Shown here: one piece after another, positions 34,827 through 44,797 of the stretch
Numbering within the stretch: position 1 is the stretch's first letter
Layout: each line of letters begins with the position of its first letter
Virus record (IMG/VR): IMGVR_UViG_3300025168_000036
Reading direction: 5' to 3' (one strand)
Length of the DNA stretch: 64,000 nt
Source: a virus
The notes under the pieces: model-generated
Databases searched by the model: none
Seen by the model: the letters and a program-made list of their open reading frames with translations, nothing else
Told to the model about the DNA's origin: nothing
Position numbers and translations under genes: made by a program

Positions 34827-37094
34827 TTAAAAGTATATCATTCCTGTAATTTGATTAATTGGTGCAAATGCTCCTGTAAGTTTATATGTGTTTCCTTTAT
34901 ATACAAATACTAAACCCTCTGATGGTACTATTGTCTTAAAGCCACCCATAGCAGCTACTTTATTAAGTTGGGCAGAAAGCTTATTCATATTTTTTATGTC
35001 TCCACCTTTCCTAACATGCTTAATTGCAGCTGCAACTTGCTTTCTCATATTTTGTACTGTTTTATCTGGATTTGCAGCAAGGAAGCCATCAACATTTTTA
35101 AGAACCTCAGCTCCTAACTCGAAAAATAGAGTTTCAAATGCAAACATATTCTTTTTTATTTGATCTGCATGCTTTAGCTTATCAAATTCAATTGACTTAG
35201 CTAAGATACTTTCATCTTCTATTGTCTTCTTATTTAATCTAAATGACTTATCAAAGAATGCCCATCTCTTAACTAGGCCCATCTTAATTCTATTTTCAAT
35301 ATTGCCTAACTTTTTATCTATAAAGTTTTCCCACCATGCTTGATGATATTCACCAAAAGTATTTGAATCTTTCATTCCGTATACTGACATTAACTTTGAG
35401 AGCTTTTTAATAAAGTAAGATTGTTTATCAGAGAAGTCTTGATGAGGTTTCATCTTTAGGACTTTAGGTCCTATTACTTTAAAGTTTTTTTGTACACTTT
35501 GGTTAGCTTGTGCAACCATACCGGCAAGAATTCTTGCTCCATCATTTACTGCACCAATTGCCTTACCATCTTTATACTGTAATACATTGTGGAATTGCAG
35601 GTACGGTGCATCATAGTTAATTACGTTTGCGGAAGCAGGGTATATGATTTCCATATTAACCCAGTTATTACCGTTATTAAATATTTTAGTTCTTTGCTTA
35701 TTATTTAGGCTTCCAATAGACTTAGACAAATCATTCATTGCATAGTTAAATGCTTTTTCAATATTTCCTCTATTCTTAAACTTTTTTGCTACAGCCTTAG
35801 AGTCCATACCGCCCTTTTTAACATCACCAGTATTTCTTGCAGCTCTTAGTCCATTATTCCAACTAATAAATAAATTTTGTCCGTCTGTCTTTTCTGTAGC
35901 TATTTGGTTTAGATCAAGCTTACCTTGTAGCGATACTCTTATTATTTCTTTAAAGTCACCAAATGTTAAACCTTTATCATCAAATGGGTGAGCCATGTGG
36001 CCGTATGCACCACCTTCTGTTAACAGACTTTCTGATAGCATGTCATTATTTTTCTTAGTCTTATCTTTATTCTTTTTACCTACTTCTGCACCTATCCAGT
36101 TAACAAACTCCCATCCAATCTGAGATGCTATTCTTATAATATGTTTTTTGTATTGAGTAAATGCAGGTTTTGGTTCTAGATCTTGGTATACATTTGTTCC
36201 AGATATCTTACCTTTAATTCCAGTTGACCAATATGAAACTGCACCAGTAGGGCCTTTAGGATATTGTGTATTGTGAAAGAAAAATTCATCTTTTCCAGAT
36301 ATATAATCTAACACTTTCATTCCTCTATTTATATCTTTTTCTAATGCACTTCCAAACCTTTTCCATGATTTTTGATTTCCCCACCATCCACCAGGACCAT
36401 CATCTACTTCTGTTGCACTATTTGCTGTAGAGAATGTTGATATTTCTTTTATTATTTTTGCAATGTTTTTGTCATAACAGAAGTTTTCCATAATCTCAGT
36501 TAAAGACTCTAACTTATTAACTATAAGGTTATAATTTTTTGTGTGGCCAAATATTCCCTTAAATAGCTTTACTTTTTCTTTTTTATCTATTGTTGTGTCA
36601 CCTAAAGCCTTTCTAATAGTTGTACCTGACATCTCACCATATCCACTGACCTTTAATGATACATGTGGTGCTACTATTATATATGCACCTTCTTTATATC
36701 CTACTTCAGCCTTACCTTTCCATTCTTGAAAAAATTTACCTTTTAGTCTACCAGCATCTTTTGCACCAAACATAAACACTGCAGCAGTAGTTTCTGGGTC
36801 ATACTTTTTTAATATTTCTGTAGCTTGGTAAGGGCTTTTTACTTGTACTACATTTTTAATTCCGTGAGAGTTTATTATCTTTTTCTTTTCTGCAAATGAG
36901 AATGGAGACTTTGGAAGGCTAACCTTACCACTAGTAGCCACATAAGCATCACTAAACTTAGACTTTAACCACTTATATGTTTGTGCATGGTGCTTACCCA
37001 TAGGCTGGAACCTACCAGGGTATATTGCAACTATATTTTTTATCTTTGAGTCCTCGGCAAGGATGTTTTCTACAAGCCATTTATCTAGTTTCAT
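34827..37094 (-). CDS. Multidomain protein: cytidylyltransferase-like nucleotidyltransferase plus ATP-dependent (RNA) ligase-like domain
   Basis: YPGRFQPMGKHH and MSGTTIR in the N-terminal part; TEKTDGQN, NMEII, EGLVF and YKL in the C-terminal part. Confidence 0.7.
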   Translation of the reverse strand: MKLDKWLVENILAEDSKIKNIVAIYPGRFQPMGKHHAQTYKWLKSKFSDAYVATSGKVSLPKSPFSFAEKKKIINSHGIKNVVQVKSPYQATEILKKYDPETTAAVFMFGAKDAGRLKGKFFQEWKGKAEVGYKEGAYIIVAPHVSLKVSGYGEMSGTTIRKALGDTTIDKKEKVKLFKGIFGHTKNYNLIVNKLESLTEIMENFCYDKNIAKIIKEISTFSTANSATEVDDGPGGWWGNQKSWKRFGSALEKDINRGMKVLDYISGKDEFFFHNTQYPKGPTGAVSYWSTGIKGKISGTNVYQDLEPKPAFTQYKKHIIRIASQIGWEFVNWIGAEVGKKNKDKTKKNNDMLSESLLTEGGAYGHMAHPFDDKGLTFGDFKEIIRVSLQGKLDLNQIATEKTDGQNLFISWNNGLRAARNTGDVKKGGMDSKAVAKKFKNRGNIEKAFNYAMNDLSKSIGSLNNKQRTKIFNNGNNWVNMEIIYPASANVINYDAPYLQFHNVLQYKDGKAIGAVNDGARILAGMVAQANQSVQKNFKVIGPKVLKMKPHQDFSDKQSYFIKKLSKLMSVYGMKDSNTFGEYHQAWWENFIDKKLGNIENRIKMGLVKRWAFFDKSFRLNKKTIEDESILAKSIEFDKLKHADQIKKNMFAFETLFFELGAEVLKNVDGFLAANPDKTVQNMRKQVAAAIKHVRKGGDIKNMNKLSAQLNKVAAMGGFKTIVPSEGLVFVYKGNTYKLTGAFAPINQITGMIYF

Positions 37095-37112
37095 ATTATT
37101 GTCTCCATATTA

Positions 37113-37122
37113 TATAAATATC
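37113..37122 (-). promoter_or_regulatory. Class I promoter
   Basis: GATATTTATA in a 29-nt intergenic gap. Confidence 0.75.
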
Positions 37123-37123
37123 A

Positions 37124-39406
37124 TTATATTATAGTTCTTGGTGATAGAAAAAGGAATGCAGCATATACCTCAAACTTATTTTTAGCAAGTACCTTTATTG
37201 TTGCAATATTTAGATCTGAACCTATAAACTTTGCTTGTTCAGCAGCTGTAAGTACCGTCATATCTGCTGTGTATGTTGAACTCCAAGTTGCACCTGGGTC
37301 TTGAGCAGGACACTTAGTAGCTAAAAGTGAAACTGTATCTGTATTACTACATGCACCCGTTGAGAGTGTTGATGAGAACTTAACAGAAGATTTGTCATTT
37401 GCTAGCACTATAATACCTTCAATTATCATCCCTTGTGGAATCATAAATGAAGCATAGAATTCATTATTACCAGTTGCTCCGATTCCCCCAGTAGCCCTAT
37501 AGACTGTTGCCGATGGATCTTGTCCAACAAAATCAGTGCCTGGTATGCAGTAATGATTCTGGTATCCTTGCATTCCGCCGTATGCATAATTGGAACAGTC
37601 AGTTGATTCTGTAATATATGTTTTAAGCCTACCTTTGACACCAAGATCTAGGCCAGTTGGTGCAATAATTAGATCTCCTGCAATATCTATTTGTGGAGTT
37701 GAATCTAAATTAAATGTAAACCTGTCAGTTCCATTATCTTTCATGTAAATTTGATCGCCGGCTGCATCTAATGTAATATCAGCTGCTGAATCTAATGTTA
37801 TGGAAGAACCTTCTAATTCTGTACCTATAAATTTTGTAGCTGCTGATATGTTATCACCAAATATATTACCACTTGCACTTATATTAGCTGATGATGTTAT
37901 TGACCCATCTGTAAATATAGGTGTAGGTCCTTTACCTAACATAATACTTGTCCAGTTATTAGAAAATCCTAATTGCAATTGTGAAGGGGTAGAGGAGTTT
38001 GATTGTACTGCATTCATATTATCATCTAACCAATAACCACTACTATATACTAAACCACTTGAACTTATATTACCTGAGGCTGTTACATGACCTGCCTTGT
38101 TGATACTAAATATATTAGTACTATTTACACCTGGTAATGCTGATGTGTTTATTGCATTATAGATATTAAATGATCCAGAATTTCCTATAGCTCCTCCATT
38201 TAATAAAATGCTGAGTCCATTATCTGAATCAATATATCCATCAATTATAGATGGTGTTCCGGATGCATCCAGCCCTCCTCTAATTGCAAGGTGGCCACCA
38301 ACTGCATCATTTCCTGCAATTATTAAATTGCCATGGGAAAAACTATTTATTGTAGAGCCAGATACTACAAATTTTGGTGCAACTATATCACCAGATGATG
38401 TAACAATTTGAGTAGTTAGAGATGGGTTGCCTAATTGTATAAAGTCACCATGTATTCTTGTTCCATTTGTATCATTTCCAAATTGTAGATCTGTGCCATC
38501 AGGACTAATAGATACCATCTTACCTGTTCTTATCTTACTTGTATCTAATTCACCACTGGCACTAAAATGTCCAGACATTGTGACATCACCACTAAATTCT
38601 GCAGAACCTTCTGATACAAACTTACTTGTTGCTAATATAATACTTGCAGTCAGATTTGACTTACCTGTGCCTGCAGAGTCTCCAAATTCTGCACCTTTGT
38701 CAGAAAATTTTAGGTGACCTAGCTTTGTTGTTGTTCCTGCCTCTCTAAATTCTATTGTGTCACCATCTGTTACTATATGGTTAAATGAGCCTGTTGTTGC
38801 AACCATATCACCACTCATACTAACATTTGATGCAGTAATTGCACCAGATGCAGAAATTGAACCACTCATCATTGTAATATCAGAACCTTTTGACTTAATT
38901 GCGCCTTGAACAATTAGCGTTCTTGTTCTACAATTCCACATTATGTTTTCGTTTGTTCTAACAGTTTCGCATTCTGCAAGAGAATTATTATCATCAACAA
39001 ATGTTAAATATCTATTTACATCAGCTGAGTCACATGCAATTGTTTTAACTTTATCAGCACAATCTGATGAGCCTACACTACTTATTGTTCTTGTGTATGT
39101 TGTTCCATCAAATGTAGTTGCAGTTACTGAGTTTCCAGTACCTGTGTTTATGTTCATCACAGCATCTGGGACATATGAGGCAGTTTCTGCATATGATGAT
39201 GATAGTTCATATGTTATCTCATGTGAAGCAGAAAGTGCATATGAAGCAGATATTGCGTATGAAGAGCTAACAACAGAGTCGGCCCCTAAGGTCACTAAAG
39301 ACCCAGTTCCATCTGTTAATATGTTAGCTTGAGTGCCAGATATTTGTAAGACTCTTTGGTAAGTGTCTTGTATATTTTGGCTTGTAAAATCGTTTGGTCC
39401 AGCCAT
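37124..39406 (-). CDS. Tail fibre-like structural protein
   Basis: 760 aa; Ser/Gly/Thr-rich with repeated SASG, TASGNISSSG and SASYA units. Confidence 0.65.
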   Translation of the reverse strand: MAGPNDFTSQNIQDTYQRVLQISGTQANILTDGTGSLVTLGADSVVSSSYAISASYALSASHEITYELSSSYAETASYVPDAVMNINTGTGNSVTATTFDGTTYTRTISSVGSSDCADKVKTIACDSADVNRYLTFVDDNNSLAECETVRTNENIMWNCRTRTLIVQGAIKSKGSDITMMSGSISASGAITASNVSMSGDMVATTGSFNHIVTDGDTIEFREAGTTTKLGHLKFSDKGAEFGDSAGTGKSNLTASIILATSKFVSEGSAEFSGDVTMSGHFSASGELDTSKIRTGKMVSISPDGTDLQFGNDTNGTRIHGDFIQLGNPSLTTQIVTSSGDIVAPKFVVSGSTINSFSHGNLIIAGNDAVGGHLAIRGGLDASGTPSIIDGYIDSDNGLSILLNGGAIGNSGSFNIYNAINTSALPGVNSTNIFSINKAGHVTASGNISSSGLVYSSGYWLDDNMNAVQSNSSTPSQLQLGFSNNWTSIMLGKGPTPIFTDGSITSSANISASGNIFGDNISAATKFIGTELEGSSITLDSAADITLDAAGDQIYMKDNGTDRFTFNLDSTPQIDIAGDLIIAPTGLDLGVKGRLKTYITESTDCSNYAYGGMQGYQNHYCIPGTDFVGQDPSATVYRATGGIGATGNNEFYASFMIPQGMIIEGIIVLANDKSSVKFSSTLSTGACSNTDTVSLLATKCPAQDPGATWSSTYTADMTVLTAAEQAKFIGSDLNIATIKVLAKNKFEVYAAFLFLSPRTII

Positions 39407-39416
39407 TTATAACCCC

Positions 39417-39992
39417 TTATTTTCTTTTTTGAAGAACTTTTATAATTCCGTCTATAACCTTTTCTTTTTTATTTACAGTATTTTTCTGTATGTATTCTGC
39501 AACTATTGTATTTAGCTTCCCCTTCTTTATGTTTAAGTTTTTTATATTTATGTCTTCTTTAATAAGAAGTCTCATAATATTTATAATGTGAGCTCTATCA
39601 ACACTAGTTACTTCCTTGCTTTCCTTGATGCCAGTTATTGAGATCTTAGGTTTGCCTACTTCTTTTATTACTTCCTTGCTTTGAGATTTAACCTCTACAG
39701 TTACTTTTTTACTTGCCTCAACAGAGAATTCTGATTTCCATGGGACAAAATATGTATCATCTGCAACTACTTCCAGCTTAATGTTACCAGATTCGCTTTC
39801 ACCTAAAAGGCCTTTTAACTTTTTTACTGGTATGCTACATTTTCCAGATTTTGATATTGTACCATTAAATACAAAGCTAATATCATTAGCTTCAACTATT
39901 AATCTTGCAAATGAATCCTTTATTGAAGCCCCTGAAAGCTTAATATCACATTCAAATAGCTCGTTCTTGTCTGTATATAATTTATATGCCAT
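39417..39992 (-). CDS. Hypothetical protein
   Basis: 191 aa; GGAG SD; LEVVADDTYFVPW. Confidence 0.8.
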   Translation of the reverse strand: MAYKLYTDKNELFECDIKLSGASIKDSFARLIVEANDISFVFNGTISKSGKCSIPVKKLKGLLGESESGNIKLEVVADDTYFVPWKSEFSVEASKKVTVEVKSQSKEVIKEVGKPKISITGIKESKEVTSVDRAHIINIMRLLIKEDINIKNLNIKKGKLNTIVAEYIQKNTVNKKEKVIDGIIKVLQKRK

Positions 39993-40144
39993 TATTTGTT
40001 CTCCGTGTAAGGGAATAATTTATTGAGTTTGTCTTTTCTATCATCACAGCCACAATCGTCACCTACGATCTTTTTAACTGCTATCTTTATACCAGTTGCT
40101 TTAGTGATCTTTTCTATTGTATCACCTAGACCTTTTGATTTTAT
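39992..40144 (-). CDS. 50-aa DCGC-motif protein absent from the ORF track; apparent ATA start
   Basis: (I/M)KSKGLGDTIEKITKATGIKIAVKKIVGDDCGCDDRKDKLNKLFPYTENK; fills the gap and overlaps both neighbours; no in-frame ATG, GTG or TTG. Confidence 0.7.
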   Translation of the reverse strand: MKSKGLGDTIEKITKATGIKIAVKKIVGDDCGCDDRKDKLNKLFPYTENK

Positions 40145-40473
40145 ATTACTATCTTTACTGATGATTTTACCTCTTTTATTATTAGTTCAACATCTTTAAC
40201 TTTTGCTTTTATGTTTTTAACTTCCTTAGACTCATCATATTGTTTTATTCCATTTCTTTTCATAATTAGCCTAATAAGCTTTTTCTTCTTTTCCTTATCA
40301 ACCTTATCAATGTCTGAGTAGCCACCACTAATAAGGTCTACAACTAAAGCAACATCATCCCATGTATATGGAAAAACATTTGGCTTAAATCCTGTTTTAT
40401 ATGTCTTACTTGGAGGAGCAGAGCTCCACTTAAAGTCTGCATCTTTCCATTTTATTTTCGTTATTGTTGCCAT
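40141..40473 (-). CDS. Hypothetical protein
   Basis: 110 aa; class I motif 2 nt upstream. Confidence 0.75.
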   Translation of the reverse strand: MATITKIKWKDADFKWSSAPPSKTYKTGFKPNVFPYTWDDVALVVDLISGGYSDIDKVDKEKKKKLIRLIMKRNGIKQYDESKEVKNIKAKVKDVELIIKEVKSSVKIVI

Positions 40474-40475
40474 TA

Positions 40476-40485
40476 TATAAATATC
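40476..40485 (-). promoter_or_regulatory. Class I promoter
   Basis: GATATTTATA immediately before ATG 40473. Confidence 0.65.
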
Positions 40486-40507
40486 ACTTTATAATTTAAT
40501 AAATTAA

Positions 40508-41215
40508 CTATTTACCAAGTATTGTCCATGTTGATGTACCATCAGTAATTGTTAGAGTTGTCCCTTTAACAGTAAATGAAAGAGTAGTTTTGCCTACAGT
40601 AATACCTGATGCCGCTGTTGCTGTTGCAGCATTTCCTGTTGTGTCTTGGTCTCCTGCTATATTAACACCTTTAAGATCTATATTTGCACTACCATCAAAT
40701 GATACACCACCAATTGTTCTTGCTGTTGCTAATGTTGTTGCATCTGCTGCTAATGTTGCTGTATCTGCATTACCTGTTGTGTTTTGATTTCCTGCTGCAT
40801 TAACTCCTGGTAAGTTTATATTTGCTGTTCCATCAAATGATACACCTCCGATTGTTCTTGCATTCTTTAGCTTTAATGAGCCTAGGTTCTTTTCTGCATC
40901 TTTATCAACCTTAAATAGGTCTGTTTTAGATGCATCTGCCTTGTCTTCCCCAATGTCTTTTACATCAAATGCGGATTGTGGGTCTTTTGTTCCTATCCCA
41001 ATCTTTCCACTACCTGAGACATAGAATGCTATTCTATCATTTGCAGTTCCTGATATTTCTTTTGGTACTCTAAGCTGTATACTTGAAGCGTCATCTGGAT
41101 CTATTTCCCACTTTGCAACTTGCTTAAATGTTGAACTAGATACAGGCCTTTGGCCTTCTGAGCTTCCTGATGCTGGGATTGACCCTGAGTATATTATTAT
41201 GTCCCTGGTAAACAT
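40508..41215 (-). CDS. Short tail fibre-related protein with two 46-aa-period repeats
   Basis: ARTIGGVSFDG(T/S)ANI.L.GVN.AG.Q.TTGNA.TAT twice; GKIGIGTKDP fibre motif. Confidence 0.75.
   Translation of the reverse strand: MFTRDIIIYSGSIPASGSSEGQRPVSSSTFKQVAKWEIDPDDASSIQLRVPKEISGTANDRIAFYVSGSGKIGIGTKDPQSAFDVKDIGEDKADASKTDLFKVDKDAEKNLGSLKLKNARTIGGVSFDGTANINLPGVNAAGNQNTTGNADTATLAADATTLATARTIGGVSFDGSANIDLKGVNIAGDQDTTGNAATATAASGITVGKTTLSFTVKGTTLTITDGTSTWTILGK
40617..40862 (-). repeat. Coding tandem duplication, period 138 nt
   Basis: ccatcaaatgatacacc at 40692 and 40830; boundaries approximate. Confidence 0.8.
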
Positions 41216-44200
41216 TTTTTGATCTCCTTTATTTCATTCTTTAATTCTTCTATTTGGCCTTGTTGCTCTTTAATACCTTCAATAAGAAGTGCAGTTAATT
41301 TGTCATATTGAACAGTTAAATAGCCACCTTTCTTACCATCAATATCAATTGGTGCTGGAGAAACTGCTTCTGGTAAAACTTTTTGTATTTCTTGAGCAAT
41401 AACACCTACGTGGTTATCTCTTTTCTTTTTATCTTCCCAATCACTAGTAGAAAGATACCCCATCTCCTTAGCATTTTCATTATAGTCAAATGTTACTCCT
41501 CTAACCTTTAATATCTTATCAAGTGCATTAGGTATAACTTTTACGTTTGTTTTTACTCTTTTATCTGAAACACCGTCAGTGAGGGATCCCCTTACACTTA
41601 CATTATTACTATTATATTGCCACCACATTACATCATGGTTTGTAACATCATTATAATCTGTTCTAAATAGAACAACAGCATCTTGAGACCAGTGATTTAT
41701 TTCATAAACGTGGCTGGAACCTCCATCAAATCCAATACCTCCACCTACATCGGATGATTGTCCAACAAAAAGAACACCTCCACCCTCGTGGTTATGTCCC
41801 ATAGCTCCAATAAGTGAAACTTCAGCATTTGTAGATGCTTTTACTAAAAGACATGATGCACCGTTTGATAGATCAGTATCTTCAAAAAACATAGGTAGTG
41901 TTGTTGCTGTTCCTACACTGTCATCACCAATAGTTACTTTATCGCCTAGATATATTTCTCCGTCTGAGTCATCTATCATAAATAAAGTTTTATTTCGTTC
42001 TTCACTGTATATTTGGAATCTCTCAGATGAGTCCATACCAATTTTCCAACCATCTGTATTTGGTGTAGTGCTTGTTGTTGAGTTCATAAAGTGAACCCAT
42101 ATACTATCTGAGTCTCCAGCTGTAAGTGAGATTCCTTTATCGGCTCCACCAGTAGGTTCATGTACAGTAAGCATTGTAGATTTAAGACCATCAAGACTTC
42201 CAATACAAGCACTTTGTGAATTTACAAGGTTTCCATGTTCACCAAAAAAAGAATATTGTTGGTTTTTACTTGGGTCAGCAACTATTGCTCTTGACATTAT
42301 TCCGTATGCATCATGTCCGTATCCAGATACCATTCCGACTGTTGCTTGTGCGTTATGAACACTACCTACAATTGCTCCTACATCATAACATGAAGCTCCA
42401 CCACCTCCGCCTTTTGTACCACATGAATCAACAAATGTTGTTGTAAAGTCTGTGTAGTCTGTATTTACAGTTGCTCCATCACTAAGTGCAAACATTGCAC
42501 CTACCCTACTATCAGCAATTCCAGGTACACCTCCAGCTGTTACATTTGTCATTACTGTACTAAATCCTGGTGAAGCATATGTGGCACCTGCACCATAATC
42601 TGTAGAACCTGTAATTACTATTGTTCCTTCTGTCATAGATATTCCTGGTACTACTCCATCTATATTATCATCAAGTGTCATTACAGTATTTCCACTACCA
42701 TCAAAAAATGACATACTTGCATTAGTACCATCTAACTCTATTCTTTGTGCCCCTGGATTACCTACAGTAATTTTACCTGCACTACTCATTGTAACTTTAG
42801 CTTGTCTTAATTCTGAATTATCAAATGTCCATCCTGCAATTTGATTTGTGGAACCTAATTGGAAGAATTCATCGCCATTTTTAGTACCTTGCAGACCCCA
42901 TGTACCAGAATTGTAGTTAAACATCATAACAAGATTACCCGATCCTCCAGATAAATCTCCATCTGGTGTTACTAAGAATCTGTTGTCAGGTGTGGCATCT
43001 GCAAGCATTTGTAAATAACCACCACCTGCGTCTGGTACACTTTTTATTTGTGTAGCATCTACTGTAAAGCCAGCTATCTTTCCTGCACTTGCAGTAATTG
43101 CACCTTCTGAGTCAACTTGGAATGCTGAAGATGAGAATGGATATAGACCTGATGCATCTAGTTTTACCTTATTATTTACATCGTTTAATGTATTTGAGTT
43201 AATATTCCATCCACCTATCTTACCAGCACTTGCAGTTATTGTTCCTGATAGATAAACATTTTCACTATATAAACCAAATCCTGGATCTGCTGGAACTGGT
43301 CCTTCCCCTGCAACACCAGATAAATCACCTAGCCTAGCCCTTCTTTTTACTGATGCTGCATTACTTCCTGTTCTTTCTATAATATCTATATAAGGTGTTG
43401 CTGCATCACTTGGTGCTGCATTTAAGTGTATATAACCACTTCCACTTACACCTGCAGAAGCCAATACTTGCCCAGCACTCATGCTAGGTATTGTTCCAGC
43501 ACCATCTTGATTTCTTGATACTGTTAATGTGTTTGGCTCACTTGTTGAATCAACACCTGTAATTTTCATAGTCTCTGTAGTAAAGCCTGTACTACCAGTT
43601 GCCTTAGAAATTATATATTCATTTGCTACAAATCCATCAGCATTCTTTACTGGAATTGTTGTTGTACTTGCCAATATTATACTACTACCAGTGATTGTTG
43701 TACCATTTGATACAAGTAATTGTCCACCTACTACATTTACACTTTGCTTTTCAAATACTGCTGTATTTAATGTTCCTCTAATTGATGCATTTTCAAATTC
43801 AGCCTCACCTGATGCTTTTATTCTCCATCCCCTACCTGCACTACCTGGAAGGTTACTTGATGTAAAGTCTGCAGTTTTTAGTTCACCTGATGATTTTATT
43901 TCTAAGTTGTTTGATGAGAGCTTATCATTGGTAAATGTCCAGCCAGCTATTTGATTTGTAGAGCCTAATTCAAATACTTTGGTGCCAGAACCTGATACTC
44001 CTATGATACCATAATTAGTATCACTACTATATTTCATTTTAACAGTATGTTGAGCAGACGGACCTGTTACTTTAATTTCGGGACTTGTACTTCCATTCAG
44101 TACAATATTTCCACCAGATGAAGATATATTATTTGTTCCTACATGCCAGTCACCAATTCTTGCTGCACTTGTTGTAATTGTACCTTGAAATACTGCACCA

Positions 44201-44796
44201 CTTGCATGTAAGCTTCCACTTTTATCTACTGCAAAATTAGGTCCAAATTTAACAAAATAGTCTGTTGTATTTCCTTGATCATCCGGTGTAAAGTCTATAT
44301 AGTATTCATCTCTTAATATATCAAATGCTGCACTACTATCTGTGTCTGGGCCTTTGTTAGACATATATAAAGCTGCACCAACTGCATCAAGTGTTGCATT
44401 TGAACCACTTAGCTTTCCGTCCTTAATTATCCAATTTCCAATCTTACCTGCACTTGCAGTTATTTCTGTTTCACCATTTGATAATGGCCTTATATGAAAA
44501 CCTGAACCACTAATCTCTATATCACTTGCACTACCAGACATAAATTGAAGTTTTGGATTTCCAATAAAAAACTTATTTGCTCTTACATCTAAGTCTCCTC
44601 CATCATCACTTCTAAACCTAAAGTAGCTTTCGCTTCCTGCTATTGCTTCAATTCCTACACCTGAATAGCTTGTTGTTGGGCTTGAATCTTTAAGTTCAAA
44701 TGATCCACTCCATAGCATCCAGCCAGAAGTAGGGCCAGAATTTGAAGACGAAGCTGCATTAAAGCCTTGATATGATGTATTTTTTATTCCTGCCAT
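41197..44796 (-). CDS. Tail fibre with C-terminal intramolecular chaperone (peptidase S74)
   Basis: SDKRVKTNV...GVIAQEIQKVLPEAV...YDKLTALLIEGIKE; repeated TASAGKIG.W and LGSTNQIAGWTF. Confidence 0.88.
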   Translation of the reverse strand: MAGIKNTSYQGFNAASSSNSGPTSGWMLWSGSFELKDSSPTTSYSGVGIEAIAGSESYFRFRSDDGGDLDVRANKFFIGNPKLQFMSGSASDIEISGSGFHIRPLSNGETEITASAGKIGNWIIKDGKLSGSNATLDAVGAALYMSNKGPDTDSSAAFDILRDEYYIDFTPDDQGNTTDYFVKFGPNFAVDKSGSLHASGAVFQGTITTSAARIGDWHVGTNNISSSGGNIVLNGSTSPEIKVTGPSAQHTVKMKYSSDTNYGIIGVSGSGTKVFELGSTNQIAGWTFTNDKLSSNNLEIKSSGELKTADFTSSNLPGSAGRGWRIKASGEAEFENASIRGTLNTAVFEKQSVNVVGGQLLVSNGTTITGSSIILASTTTIPVKNADGFVANEYIISKATGSTGFTTETMKITGVDSTSEPNTLTVSRNQDGAGTIPSMSAGQVLASAGVSGSGYIHLNAAPSDAATPYIDIIERTGSNAASVKRRARLGDLSGVAGEGPVPADPGFGLYSENVYLSGTITASAGKIGGWNINSNTLNDVNNKVKLDASGLYPFSSSAFQVDSEGAITASAGKIAGFTVDATQIKSVPDAGGGYLQMLADATPDNRFLVTPDGDLSGGSGNLVMMFNYNSGTWGLQGTKNGDEFFQLGSTNQIAGWTFDNSELRQAKVTMSSAGKITVGNPGAQRIELDGTNASMSFFDGSGNTVMTLDDNIDGVVPGISMTEGTIVITGSTDYGAGATYASPGFSTVMTNVTAGGVPGIADSRVGAMFALSDGATVNTDYTDFTTTFVDSCGTKGGGGGASCYDVGAIVGSVHNAQATVGMVSGYGHDAYGIMSRAIVADPSKNQQYSFFGEHGNLVNSQSACIGSLDGLKSTMLTVHEPTGGADKGISLTAGDSDSIWVHFMNSTTSTTPNTDGWKIGMDSSERFQIYSEERNKTLFMIDDSDGEIYLGDKVTIGDDSVGTATTLPMFFEDTDLSNGASCLLVKASTNAEVSLIGAMGHNHEGGGVLFVGQSSDVGGGIGFDGGSSHVYEINHWSQDAVVLFRTDYNDVTNHDVMWWQYNSNNVSVRGSLTDGVSDKRVKTNVKVIPNALDKILKVRGVTFDYNENAKEMGYLSTSDWEDKKKRDNHVGVIAQEIQKVLPEAVSPAPIDIDGKKGGYLTVQYDKLTALLIEGIKEQQGQIEELKNEIKEIKKCLPGT

Positions 44797-44797
44797 T

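Noticed and set aside
41197-44796. Diversity-generating retroelement targeting the fibre
   Set aside because: No reverse transcriptase and no template/variable repeat pair with adenine-specific mismatches in the window
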